A stretch of DNA of 57,107 nucleotides, from the NCBI GenBank assembly GCA_018398765.1, contig JAHBMJ010000127.1, positions 1-57,107 on the forward strand. Reading direction: 5' to 3'. The position numbers and the translations under genes were made by a program. Below, piece by piece: positions 26,394 to 40,232 of the stretch; position 1 is the first letter of the stretch, and every line of letters begins with the position of its first letter. The stretch is from Chromera velia (lineage: Eukaryota). Below the pieces are notes generated by a model. That model saw nothing but the letters and a program-made list of their open reading frames with translations, searched no databases and was not told the origin of the DNA.

Positions 26394-29300
26394 CTACAGA
26401 TGGCGCGCACCTGCATCCTTACAGACGAAAAACAAAACAACTGAGAATGGCCCGGCTGTAAATCCACAGACAGATATGGAAGAGAGGGGCAGAATACTGA
26501 CCGAAGTCTGTCCCCTTGAAACTGGCGTGTGTTTTCCTGCAGGCAGGGGCAGAGGTAGAGGCAGACAGGGAGAGGCACAGAAGACAAGGAATTGAGGAGG
26601 AAAAGAAGGGAAAGGCTCAAAGTTTGCACGTTGAATAAAGCGCACTCTGTGCAACAAGTAAACGACACGGAAACGTCTATACCATACACAAAACCGTTTC
26701 TCTCAGAAGGCACCGGGAAGCCTATCATATCTCTGTTTACATTCATGCACACGCATCACACGCACCCATGCAGTCAGACAAACCTGAGATGGTCATCAAA
26801 TTCTTCGAAGCTCCCGAAATCCCGAGCATCTGCACACACACACACAGGCAGGAACGAAGGACGGGAAGTGACGAAGCACCCAAACACACTATGGGGGAAG
26901 CTGAATAGGCGTTTTCTTTGCACAAGATGAGTGCAAACGTAAATGCACCCGCGGGCACCGTCGCAATTGCACAGCCGAGAACGTGCTTTATCCTAGTGCT
27001 GAGCAAAAACAGGATGAATTGCAGCGGACTTCGTTCAATCAAATCAATATCCCGCCTGACAGACACCCACAGACAGAAAGACAGACAGACAGACTGTATG
27101 TTTCTTCTTCTCCCTTTTTTTCTCATGGACAGACAGACTATATGTTTCTTCAGACAGACAGACTTTATGTTTCTTCTTCTTCTCCCTTCTTTTCTTCATG
27201 AACACAACAGACAAAAAGAAAGAAAGAAAGAAAGAAAGGAAGGAAGAAAGAAAGAAAGAACAAAGACAAAAGAACATCACCAACAATCAAACAGCGTGGG
27301 CAGGGGGCCCGAAAGGTGAGAGTTCAGCGTCCTTTGCCTCTCCACCTCCCGACAGACTTTCACGTGATCACTGGTTTCACATACTACTCCTCTGCTGCTT
27401 CCACTCAAGACAAGAAAGAGAAGAAAAGAAGACAGGACAAGAAAAACCAACAAATAAAAAAAGACAAAAAAAAGAAAAAAGAAAAAAAGAAAACTGCACG
27501 TGGGGACCGGCACCGTCATGGTCTTTAGACAGGGGTGGGGGGGTGGGGAAGCGTCCCTGCGGAGGGGGATTCTTCTGATGCTGTGTCTTCGTATCTTGCG
27601 GGAGGAGAGGACTCGTTCGGCGGTTCAGACAGACAGACACACTGACTGACTGACTCTTGATGAAGGGCATCTGAAGAAGTTCCACGGCACTCTTCCTGCA
27701 AGCAGAGGGAGCAGAAGATGGATACAGCCACGGAGAATGAGGATGAAGAAACCAAGGAAGGATAAAAAAGGAAAAGAGGGACGACTGAAGGAAAGAAAGA
27801 AGAGGAAGTAAGCAAGCAAGGTAAGAATCTGTAGCCTCTCATTTAGACGATGCAGTTTTTGAGAGCCGTGTGTGTGTGTGTGTGAGTGAGTGCGTGCGTG
27901 TGTGTGTGTGTGCATGAAGAGCTCCCCAGATCATCAAGACACATTCCCTCCCGGTGGAATCTACATCACATTACGTTCCGAGCTAGATCCGCACATGGAT
28001 GCGAAGAGGAAGAAGATGTGACAGACGAAAGGGACTTACAGAAAGAAGCCCTCTGCCTCATCCCCACCCATGCACCAACGGACCTACCTCTGTTTTGGGT
28101 CCTTGTTCAGACACGCGTAGAGGAAATCCTGGAAAGGCCTGCACATTCATACAAACAAACGAACAAAGAAGTCACACTGTTGACCTCATGCTGATCGCGA
28201 CCGCCTGGCTGCTGTGATACAAGTTCCCCCCATTGCTCTCTCACTCACATCCTTGGCAACCCTCACGACAGCGACGCCCCCTAGCCACTCCACCCACACT
28301 CAACCACCAGAAAGAATAAAAACACACATCCATCGCCCATCTCCTCCGTTCAGCCACACCCGTCCGTTACTTCCCAAAAAGTAACGGTCACACTTACCCG
28401 CCTACACGGGGGTCTGCATTCACCGAGCAGCTCAGAAGAAGGCAGAAGAAAAAAGAAGTGCGCGAAGAAAATAAAAGAAAAGAAGTTAAGGTACGCCTCC
28501 CCCCCTTTCGCCCTTCAGCCGACCTACCCATCGGGGAAGAATTCCTTTGGAAGAGTCGGAGATGGGACCTCAGGGGGGGCGATGAGGAAGAGAACCTGCA
28601 GGGAGGGAGGGAGGCACGCACGTTCAGTTGAACCAGAGCAACGACAGAGGAAAGGAAAGGGGAGAAGCGGAACCAATGCTTCACAGAGAGAGAGAAAAAA
28701 AGATGCCGGAGAGCCAATGAACAAACACGTGGCCACCTACAGGGCCTCCAATACATTCCAGAAGGGCCATCCGAAAGGGGAATATTGTCCTTGGTAAAAG
28801 GAAGAACAGGAAAAACGAAACAAGCAAGCAGGATCTTTTTCTATTGTTCGTGTGCATCCACACGCTCTCCGCTATTGCACACGTTATGTGTGACGGTTTG
28901 TTTTGTGTTTGACTGACCTTCGTTGGGTTCTTCTCTGCGTAGGGCGGGTCTCCGATGGCCATTTCGATCGCAGTGATTCCAAGAGACCAGATGTCTGAAG
29001 CCTTCGTTTGGGTTCCGTGGGAAATCACCTGTGCGTTCGTTTGTATGGTGTTCGTTCACTTATTCGAGTGTTGCTCTGTTCTGTCTGAATGATCATTTTG
29101 TTGATCAACAAAAAAGAGACCAAAGTCATAAATCTAATGAGGGACCCAAAAATGTCACAATGTTGTGCAGTCTACCGCACTTCAATGCCCAAATGCAATA
29201 TGAAAAAAGAAATCCTCGACAAGGAAGCCCAACAGATCTTCTTTTCAATTCCACCGCGCCTCTAGTTGCTTTCTTGACCTGAGAAAAGATTGCCACTGTC

Positions 29301-31095
29301 TGCTATTTTGAATATATATTTTCTGTTGCTTGCGTTGCTGAAGGGAGGGAACCGGATAACCAATGAATGAAGGCATCCGAAGAAACGGGGTCTTTGTCCA
29401 TCCCTCCGTGGAGAAGAGGAAACAGGCCAGCCAGCACGGACTCAAGGCGCTCACTCACTGACCTCCGGGGCCATCCAGTAGGGCGTGCCGACCATCGACA
29501 TCGCCTTGTCTTGTGCGGTATTCCCTGTAAAAGACAGGGGGGGCAGAAGGAGAATGTGCACGCATCGTGCATTTCAATATTACAGAATTACGCGTCGTAA
29601 AAGAAACAATGCCCATGCTGCTTCCTGGAAGAGGAGAAGGCCAGCAGAGAACAGGAGAGAAAAAAGAAGAGAGCGTTGGACAAAACAGTACGTTGAGGGA
29701 AAGACGGGACTCGGACTGGTGAGCCTGGGGGGCGGGCAGGCTGGCTGCTGGCTCACCGATTGAAAGTCCAAAGTCCGCCTTTTCTTTCATACGAATAACG
29801 AATTCTGTATGAAAGAAAAGGCTGCTGGCTCACCGATTGAAAGTCCAAAGTCCGCCAATTTGACGTCACACTGTTCGTTCAGGAGAAAGTTCGCCGCCTT
29901 GATGTCGCGGTGAATCATATCATTCTGGTGCATGAACGCAATGCCTGTCAGAGCTTGTCTGCAAACGCACAAAGCAGGCAAAGAATTGCGTGCTTCCTGC
30001 TCACGTGTGGGCGGCATTCAAAACCGACAGCTCAGAGGACGGCAGAGGCAGGGAACCAGGGGGAATCTCAGCCTTGCAACGGATAACCAGTTACCAGAGG
30101 CCAGACTTCATGAAAGCTTGAGGAAGGCAAACGGATCACTGCGAGGGTGAAGAGAAACCGGATGAAGGGCAGGAAAACGGATACAGTCGAAGAGGCTTGC
30201 GCCGAGTGCACCATGTCTCTCTGTTCTTCCACAGAGACCCGACAAAAGGAGGACTGCACTGCAGAAAGTGCTTACTCACTTCATCACGTACGCGATGACT
30301 TCTTCGGAAAGCACACCGAAGTGACGAACCTGCAGCCACCGAGAAGGGTCAGCACCATCCAGTATGAACAGAGAGGCTGTTTGAAAAGCTTGCGGCGACG
30401 CCAAGGGGGAGAGTTTTTGGAAGAATTGAGGGGATATGATTGCAACACGAGCTGCCCGCAGAAACTTTCGTCGCCTGTCTCCCCTACCTGCTTGCTATCC
30501 TCATGCAGAGACGCCGTAAAGAAAAAACAGAGAAAGGAGCGTCGACTTGTCTGATTCCCTTCTCTTCTGACTCACGTATTGCCGCAATGAGCCTTGGTCT
30601 GCAAGTTCCATGACAATAATCAGGTATTTCTGGTGGACGAACGCCGTGTAATACCTGCGAAGTAGAAAGGTGGGAGGAAGCCTTAAGATACACACAAGAC
30701 AAGCGGCAAGCAACACCTGACACGCACGTGAGACACAAAGACAGGCACGGGTGCGCCAAGTACAAGGGAATCGAGGGCCAACCACAAATACAGACCCATA
30801 CTGACTTGATGACATTCGGGTGAGAGAGCATTTTGTGCGCTGCAACCTCACGAGCTGCAGTCTCCACGGTTGAGTGCTTCCCCTTGGCCACTGCCTCCTC
30901 ATCCAAGTCCAGAATTTTCACTGCAAAGTAATCCTTTGTTGACATTTTCATTGCCCTATAGACCATCCCATAGGCCCCCTTGCCCACTGGTTCCACCAGC
31001 ACGTACTCCTCTGACGGTTCCCCATCTTCACTTGGGGAGACGATCTTCGTCCCCTTCTGAAATGCCTGACCAACTCGGCGGGCGACGGCGTCCAT
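26394..31095 (-). CDS. STE20/GCK-family Ser/Thr protein kinase (12 exons, about 324 aa)
   Basis: Exons 31095-30806, 30654-30576, 30329-30280, 29958-29834, 29524-29463, 29028-28918, 28595-28528, 28138-28088, 27695-27655, 26829-26784, 26536-26502 and 26410-26394 are all phase-compatible. Motifs: [30 protein letters not shown] (STE20 signature), [13 protein letters not shown]. Confidence 0.93.
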
Positions 31096-31791
31096 GGTTG
31101 CGCTAGCGCCCGCCACTCACCGAGACAGAGGAGGAATGTCGCGAAAATCGCACCAGAGTAGCACCTTCTGACGAAGTACAAGACAGGATGAACGCAGGGT
31201 GAAACGTGAAACTGCCGGAGCTACTTCTGAACAACAGATACACTCGGCCTTGTACAGAGCTAGTGGAGGGCGAGAAACCGGATCAGTGCGCTCGCACGGA
31301 GCTGTCTGCCGGGGATGTTTGAGGGGCACTTAATTTTCTGCCGTGCATATGTTGCATGCATGCATGGGGATTTTGCATGCATGCGAAACTCAATTTGCAG
31401 TTTAAATTGCAGATTCAAGGTCTCTGCTATTGAGCACGTACTGCTATATATATATAAGAGCAGTGGACCTCGCCAATCGCGTGTGGCGACGTGTGGGGAG
31501 CTGACAGTGCTGCCGACTTTCAAAGCAACGTGTGTGATTTGCTCCTGTGCATGGTGGTTGTCTGCTTTCGTTTGCGAAAGCCGCCCCCAAATCAACTGGC
31601 TTTTCCGCACTATTGACTGCCTGCAGTCATCCATGTGTAAGGGGGTTCATTCTTGAAAGTGTTTGCATTGCGAATACACGCAGTCACTTTCGTGATTGGA
31701 GGATTGTTCCCCGCTTCTCAACGCGTCCTCATAACAGCTGGAAGAACCGGGTAGAAAGGGAGGAGACATTTCTGACACCAGACTGACAATC
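31096..31791. promoter_or_regulatory. Bidirectional intergenic region with clustered TGCATGCA motifs
   Basis: TGCATGCATGCATG at 31353 and TGCATGCATG at 31374, between divergent start codons. TGCATGCA is an established ApiAP2-bound motif in apicomplexans. Confidence 0.5.
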
Positions 31792-34700
31792 ATGCGGCTT
31801 GAGAACGCTCTTCCGAGCTACTCAGAGCACCCAGAGTCCATCACAATCTCTCTCAGCGACGTGAGTCAGAATTTGGTTCAGACATTCTCTCCATATTCTG
31901 CGGTGCCAGAACATGCTTGCTGCGGATTTGTCCATGATATGCATGCATCTCTTCTTCAGGGTATACATGGGTATTGCCCGGTTGCTCGTCTGCAAACATG
32001 CTTGTGTGCCTCTGTCTGTCCCATCCACCCGCTCGAGTATTTATGAGTAAATCCTGTGTTCCCCCGCTGCTCTCTTTCCTGTTCCCTGCTGAAGAAACGG
32101 ACAGACTCGAACACCGTTACCTTGTCATGATAAAGACACTCAGCCACCGCCTATTCATGAGAATTCTCTTGTACGTGTGTGTTCGTATACATGATTGTGA
32201 CTGTCTGCAGTTATCCGATGTGCCCAGGGACCAATTCTTTGACGCGATCTCCGAAGAGTTTGCCACCAGATACCTGGAGCACCTCGGCATCAGCAATACA
32301 AAGTGGGCAGGCCTCAAAGCATGCATACCAAAATACTTCCTTCTGTTTTTCGAGAGTCAGAAGACTGCAAATCGCTATGGGGCATCAGAAAATGCCTTTC
32401 TCTGTTGTATTCATTTTCGTGTTTGCGCGCAGGCAGAATCGGAACATCCTTGCCCATGCCGTGCCGATGGACAAATGCGAATTCAAAGCCCAATTCTCAA
32501 CTAAAGGGTGAGTACGTCAATCTATCTTCGGTGTGTCCATCATACAGTGTCTCGAGTCCCCCTCTACTGTTTTGCTCTATCACTTTAGACGTCTTCCCAA
32601 GGGCCGCTATTCGGTCGTGGTTCATGACTTGAGTCGCATGCATCTATCTGCACCTCCGGTGCGGAGAAACTTCTCCCTTCATGATTTGCCCAAGAGTTTT
32701 CCCAAATCTCCGGGGTCTCTCATTCTTTCATCTACTTACGTGCAAACACCACAAACGGCAGGAGAGTCGGCTCCACAATGTTCTCCCTTATCCTTTGAGA
32801 AGCCTTTCTGTTTCTTCTTTGAAGGGCGGGCAGTCTCGGTTGTGTGAATCAAAGAAAAGAACACGCCAAGGAAAGAGTGTCCTTGATTTTCAACTTGATG
32901 TTTTCTTGTTTCGATGTGGCTCTCAATCTGTAGCATTGTGAACTTCTAAAGATGGTTGTAGTATGACTGTTCGGGTGATGTTCGATTTTGCCTGCATTTC
33001 TTCTGGCACTTTGGACATCCTGAAGTTTTTGTTCGTACATTCAATCATGATTGTTAATGAATAACTCAGGGAGAGAGAAACGCCTTTCGATAGACTGAAT
33101 GCATTTGCATCTCGACAAGGCCAACTGACTCCTGCCTGCCTGAACTGAATTGCAGAGGAGGAAAAACCACGGCCGAGTCCATCACAGTCGTCCCCCCTAA
33201 CAACAGACCCCCCGCAGATGAACTGACGGGACGACTCCCGATTGAAGCTGAATTCATTGTCAGTCATTACTTCATTCATTCATTCATTCATTCAATCAAT
33301 CAGTCAGTCAGCTTATCTCAGCACTCTATGGATGCGCTTCTGCCTTTCATCCCAACATCCAAAACCAATGGATTTGGACCTTCACAAGTTTTCAGTCAGG
33401 GTCATTCACTTGGAGGGATTCCAGTAGGTGGGTGGGTGGGTGGGTGGCTGGCTGGCTGGCTGGCTGGGTGTGTGGGTGAGTGACTGTTTGAGTCAAACAT
33501 GTTCCACTACTGTACGTGCTCTTTTCACCTTCGCCCTTTTTCCCCAATTCATGAATGCACTTTCTCTGTGTGTTCATTCAGGACGTGCGTCCCCCCCCTG
33601 TCCGACCCTACCGCCGGAGTCTGGAGGGAGATCGGCAGTTCCTTCTCTCCACTGAGTTCCCCTCACAACTGCAACCTCAGGAGAGAGAGAGGGAGAGGGA
33701 GCGCACGGCAGGGGGAACCAGTGAAATGCCGCACGCCGCCTCCCCCCTGCGGCACCCCCCTGCAGACCAACCTGCACCAATGAGCTTCGCTCAGCTGGGG
33801 GGGGGAGGGGGGGGGGCACACCCTCAGACTCCGTCAGGAGCTGTCGAGGGCCTAGAGGGCGCTGGCAGGGGGGCAGAGGAAGGAGCAGGAGCCGAAGTGA
33901 CTCCTGAGATGAGGTCGGTCGGTCAATTTTCCCTTTTGTTTTTATTCCATGATGTTCGTTCTCCATATGCATGCAATCTGCTAACGACAGAATGATTTGC
34001 TGAGTGAGCTGCATGTCGCATGTGTGTGTAGGAACTTAGATCTAGGAACTTAGATCTCGTGAGATCAAATTGTTCAGTGAGTCCTGCGGCAGCGTTCCTG
34101 AAATTTCCTCCGGGAAGAATCCAGGCAAGAAGCAAAGTGAGGAATCTATCTGCCTATCCGTCTCTCTCTCTAGTTGTCTCTCTGTCTGCATCTCTCTCCT
34201 TGGCCATTTTCATTTGTGTCTGTATCTCTTTTTTGTCTCTGACGGAAGCCCATCAGTCTCTCTTTCTTGCGTGCACCTGTCCGAGTCACTCTGTCTGTCT
34301 GTGTGTCTCTTGGTCTATTACCTCTCTGTTCATGGTTGCAGTGAATTCTTCTACCACATTCGTGAGAAGACCAAGGTCGAGGCTGCAGACCTCCAGCAGA
34401 AGATGCACAGGGCCCAGATGCTCAGGCAACACCAGCAGGCGTTGCAGCAGAAACACTCCATGATCACAGCAGCAGCAGGAGGGGCACAGGAGGGAGGGGA
34501 GACAGGACGAACGGGCGCGAGGTCAATCAGAAAAGAATTTGAAAACAATTAAGGGGCGAGGCAAAAGTCGGAGAAGATGTCATGTGCTTGTCAATGGAGG
34601 TCGCTCTGTTTTGTAGTCTTGCTCATGTACTAGCTCCTGTTCTATCTCTGATGATTTCTCTTTTCTTGGAGCCAGAAAGAGCAATCACGAAAAAATGTGC

Positions 34701-36095
34701 GTTCTCCGAAGTCTCTCCCGGGTAGGGGAGATTCTCTTTCCTTGCTCTTGGCTTCTGCTCTCTCTCCGTCGATCCACTCTCTTGGTGAATGCCCGCCCCC
34801 TTCTTGCAGGAGTCCGCTCTGCAACTCCCCGTCCAGATTGATGAAGACACCCACATCTAGGGTCAGTCAGTCAGCACTCTGAATGATCACTGACGCACGC
34901 ACTAACAAGGGGCAAGTATGGACTCAGGATGAAGAAGCACAGAGAAACACTATGCTGCACAGCTGTGTGCGCACCTTTCGCTATGGCTTTCGTTGGAGGC
35001 GTTCGGACTTCTTCTCCTTTGAATACAGGTCTTTGTTTTACTCTTTTCCCTTCAGCCATTCATCCGTTGCTTCTGCCTTCATTGTTGTGGCCTCACATGC
35101 ATCATGCAGGCCTCACCTCTGGCTGGTGCCCTGTCAAGAAAGAGCATCGGCTTCGGGATACCCAGGTCGCCTTCTCCTCGAAACCTCCGCCTCTCCTCTC
35201 CCTCCCCTTCCACATCGCCGAAGAAAAAAAGACTTCTTGGGGCAGCAGGACTCGGGATTGCTCCGGTAGACCTCGCAGTCAGGCGAAGGGAGATGGAGAG
35301 GAACTCCGAGAGTGTCTCCTCTCTCCTTACAGAGCTGAAGGAGAAATTTATTTTCCCCTTCGCTGCTGTCAGAAAGGGAAAGGTCAGCAGTTTTTTGCGG
35401 CAGTCTTTTGAGGTATTTTTCTAGATTTCTTTCAGCCTTTGCGAATGTCAGGAAGGTCACCATGTCCAAATGGATTTCTCTGGGTTTTTTTAAAAACATC
35501 TTTCTATTCCGTTCGCTCCATGCTGATCACAGTCTGTCAGTGTTCTGACAGCAACATGCAGGCATGCGCTTGTAATGCTGGAAGGAAAAGATGAACCAGT
35601 GAAAGAACGAAAGTGTTCCTTCCTTCGTATGTCCAGAGCTTCCAAGAGACAGGCTGTATCGTCTTTACACCGAGTCTGGATCGTTGCATCATTATTATTT
35701 TGAAGGAGAAATTGTGAACTATTTGTCGTGCCTACTTCAGGCTTTGAAAGTCCTATTCTCGGGGACCGTTGATGCTCGTTCTATTTTCCTCTCAGTTTTC
35801 CTATCCAATTGTTCTAGAAGATTTGTTCTTTAGTTCTCCTTTCGGTCCCTCTATTACGTCTTGCTATCTGAATTCCTGGCTTTGCTCTCTCTGTCTAATC
35901 ACACACACATGTGCAGAGGCTTCAACCAGACACTTTGTTTGACTGGCGATCGTTTCCTCAAAGCGAGATTCTGCATCTCCAGGTCAGAGAGGCCGGAAAG
36001 GAAAAAGAAACAGACCCATCCACCCACCCCCTGCCCTCCCACATAGAGACACATTCCACACACAGATACTCACACACACACACACACACACACAC

Positions 36096-36140
<45 letters not shown>

Positions 36141-36212
36141 CAGACAGAGACAGAGACAGAGACGGAGACAGAGACAGAGAGAGAAAGAGAGGGAGAGAGA
36201 GAGAGAGAGGGG

Positions 36213-36262
<50 letters not shown>

Positions 36263-36268
36263 CAGAGC

Positions 36269-36302
<34 letters not shown>

Positions 36303-39300
36303 CAGAGACAGAGAGAGAAAGAGAGGGAGAGAGAACAAAAGAGACCAAGTTTCCTAAGAGGCCTTGTTAATCCATTTTCTTTCTGGGACTTCGGAGAGAA
36401 GGGACAAGTGTTCTTTCTGCGTTTTTTTTTTTCTCTGCGTGAAGCCTCTCTGGTTTCGTCAACTTTCTGGACCAGTCAGCAGAAGGAGAGGAAGCGAAAC
36501 CACTTAAGTAAATCCCTTCTGCTCGGAGTGTGGAATCGGCAATTTTTACGCCTCCCTGACTCTTCTCCTTCCTGGGTCTGTGTGAGTGTGCAGGTTCCCC
36601 CGAATGCGCGCTCGGAGGTTCTCCGCTCCCTGCACGTCAGTTCTCAGAACATCTCTGTGGAGACCCGTAGAAACTGTCTGTCTTGTGGGGACTGTCTGCC
36701 GCTGCGACGGGGTCGCATTGGCAACGGAGCAGGCACAAATAAAGCCAAGGAATGGGTAGCCATCCACACAGCTTTTTCACATCGAGATGGAACACCGTTA
36801 GTGTGCGGTTTTCTTACGTATTGACGCTCTCTCTTGCATTGGAGCAGCGCCCTCAGGACGATTTCTTTGTCTTTGAGCAGAACTCCTGCTTGTTTCCTTC
36901 AGAGCTCAAAGAGGCTTTATGACAGTAGAGAAACCCTGAACGAATGCCTACTTTAATTCAATCCCTGCAGGTGGCTCCGTTTCGGGTCCAACAGCAGATG
37001 GTCGAGTTTGCCTGGGTGCGGCTGCCCGTGCAACTTCTGACGCTGAGGACGATTGAATTCCCGGAGGAAGAATTGATTCGGGGATTGGTCAGTCGGTCGG
37101 TCCATTGGTCGGGTGAACAACCATTCGTTATTCGGTGACTGTTTCCTGCTCAAGATTTGTTCGATGTTCGTGCATGGTGTAGATAAGAGTGCAGCCGAAT
37201 TTAGTGACTCACGTGAAATTTGCTTTGCTTCCAGGTAGTATTGCTTTCTGAGAAGACGTGTATAGTTTTGTTTGTTCGACCTGATTGAGTCCATTTGGAG
37301 TCAGTTTTGTCACATTTTAAAGTCTCGTTGCTACCTAATGAAGACGACCCTTCCCTTCAGCAGTCCAGACTTCTGAGGTGCGTCCTGTTTATCTTCTCCC
37401 TCTTTGTTCCGCCGACCAGATATGAAATCATGCATTTTCGTCAGCAGTCTAGTAGCAGACCCACTTCATGCGTGCATCAGCCAATCAAGTACTGAATCAA
37501 TGGCTCAATTTACGATGACGCAGTGCTGCTCGGAGGTTGTCTCGGGGGCTGCCCTGCTTTTCGCACACCTTCTCTACTGGAGGTTGTTCGGGTACATGCA
37601 TCAGCGAAGTCAGTCAGTTTGTCTGCCTGGCAGTGCGAAGTGCTTCTGTGGATGACCCTGTTTCTCAGTCTGACCAGAGTGCGATGAGGGTATCCCAAAA
37701 TATATTCTGCTCGTTTTGTCTTTCCTCTGCAAGATCATTTTGGGTGTTTTTTTCTGTCTTCAGTTAGTAAGCTGAGAAGACTGAAAATCCCCTGACTCAG
37801 TGAAAGAAAGAACCGGCAGTCACCAGAGGTCCTTTGGATTTGAAAACGCCAGGAAGAAGAACGCACGGCACCTCCACCCTGAGCGCTCCACTTCGTTTCT
37901 GCCCATCGTTTGCAGCCGAACACGGTGTCGGGGGAGCTTTGCCAAAGTCTGGGCAGCAGTGTGTGCACGTGGCCCTTCAGGCCGCGTTTGCTCATCTCCA
38001 TGCAATCGGAAAGTTACAGCCTCCCACAGCGACGGGCAGCGGTCCCCTTCTTCTTGCCGCCGCAATGCTGTCAATGAAGGCTGCTGTTGAGAGCATCTTT
38101 GAGACTTCGTTTCCCTCTCTTCTGGGAGACCCCTTGTGCCGTCGTGCGGTCATCGAGCGGCTGAACATTCTTTTCGCCCACCTCCTGGATCCAGACGCGA
38201 CCCTCAGTTCCTTCCCTGCACTGGAGATCCAGGGGGGGGCTCCTATCCGACACAAGGTTAGTAGGCTCAAATAACAGATACGCACACACACACACACACA
38301 CACACGCACGCACGCACGCACGCACGCACGCATCTATACCAACTCACTTAGACACTCCACACAACCCACACAGGTACTCATGCATACCCACACTCATTAA
38401 AGAAAATGTGCATCTGATTCCTCCTAGCCGGGCTTCTTTTGGTCCTCATCTCTTGCTTCGCTCGACTAAAGGTCTTCTTGTGCGCATTCTTTCAGGTTCG
38501 GCCTCTCCTCTTTTCCCTCAGGTTTCCCCACTCACACTCACCTTTCTTCACTCTGAGTCTTCCCGAATCTGCTGCCCTGTTTCGGGAAAAACATTTCAAT
38601 GCTCCCATCTGTGTGTCCTTGCCACCTGTATTCTCCTTCCCTCTTCCTTCCTTCCTTCCTTCCTCCCTTCCTTCTTTATTTCCTTCCTTCCTTCCTTCCT
38701 TCCTGCCATGCATTGAGCAGATCGGTCTGAGTCACTCAGTCGGACTGACGATGGTGCCCGACAAGGAGGGTGCGGTGCTGGATGTGGAGAAGCAGATCGC
38801 AGGGGCAAACCTTGGGAGCGCGAGCATAGGGGAGAGCGTGAAAGGACCTGGAAGTCACGATGGAAAGGGGGAAGAGGAAGAGAAGTCATCCTTCGTGGTG
38901 AAAGCAAGCACTCTGAATAAAAAGAGATTCTTCAGGTACGTCTCGCCTGTTTGCAAAGGCCGCACCTTTGGTTCCTTCATTGACTACTGCCGACTCCCGG
39001 CGAGCGCTGTCTGTCCTCCTGCCTTTATGATAGAGTGTCCATCAATGTGTCGATCTGCATGTTTGCCTCTTATCTGTATCTCTCCCTGCTTCTCTGTTTA
39101 TGTGCCTGTCTATCTTTGCCTGTGTGGACAAATCTGTGCTGACTGCAGGACCAGTCCCGTGACTCATCAGGTGATCACTTCTCACGGCCATTCAATGGAG
39201 GCCATGACGAGGATGCTCCTTCTGAGATCTGCTCACGGGCCTCCCTTTCCCTTCAACCTCGACTTCCTCCGATCTGAGGCCATCCTGAGGAGAGAAGGCC

Positions 39301-40232
39301 TCAAGGGATCCTCTGGTAGAGGAGTGGGGGACGCTGCTTCACAGTCCGTGAAGAGAAGAGGAGTGGGCACGACAGCCAAGAAAGCAGGAGGACTAGAAGA
39401 ACATGCCGTCACGTTCCCATCAGAACCCTCAAATTTGGTCGGTCTCTCAACGTCTACTTGCAACCGACCTGCGACCCAAATCTTGAAGACTGCCCAGAAA
39501 AGAGCAGCAGCGGCTGCGATGGCAAAGAAGGCAGCAGAAGAGAGCCCGTCCCATCAGTCAGAGTCGTTGAAGACCGACAGCAGAAAGCAAGCGGGACAAT
39601 GGAGGACTGACGGAGAGCTCCAATTTCCCTCCGCACTAGACAGGGTCAGACGAGAATGGCACAGGCCAGAACATCTCATTTCCCAGGCACCACTTCGAAC
39701 GCGCGCACGACGCGAGAGGCTTGCGGGTCAGGTCAAGCAGAGTGTATTCCAAGGCCTTCCATCGGCATCTGGAGGAGGACCCCATGCAGCGACGCCCCCC
39801 ACAGGTCCCCCGACTTTGGACCTCCCGACAGGTGCAGACGCAGGGGTTGATGGAGCGACTGTGAATGAGGCCCCGTCGCCCCGCTCGCCTCGGTCGCCTT
39901 CAGGAGGGGCATCACCGAGACGGTTGGGGGGAAAGAGTCCCAAGAAGGAGGCAGAAGGAGAGGGGGAAAAGGGAGTTCAGCAGGGGGATGCAGAGACAGA
40001 GGCAGAAGGTAAAGAAGGGACCAAGGTTCTGGAAGAGGATCGTGAGGAAATGGGGGAGGAAGAGGATGGTGCGGGATTCGAATCGGACGACTACAAACTC
40101 GGGGGTCTTGCCGAGGGCCTCCTGGAAGGGCTTGCAGAGGGTACGGATACTTTAGAACATTTTGTAACAAGAGCTTCTTCTCTTCTCCTCGTTGCATTCA
40201 AGCGTCTTGGCATCACTCCACAGACAATTTGA
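31792..40232 (+). CDS. Large uncharacterised multi-exon protein with a helical core and low-complexity flanks
   Basis: Phase-consistent GT-AG exons start at about 33582, 34342, 34810, 35110, 35917, 36594, 36971, 37341, 37448, 37916, 38721 and 39149, ending at stop 40232. Core: LFAHLLYWRLFGYM...MKAAVESIFETSFP...RLNILFAHLLDPD...RTSPV. The 5' exons (31792-31860, 32211-32302, 32433-32507) are tentative. Confidence 0.75.
36071..36332. repeat. Intronic (CA)n/(GA)n/(GAGACA)n microsatellite
   Basis: Directly visible. Confidence 0.95.
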
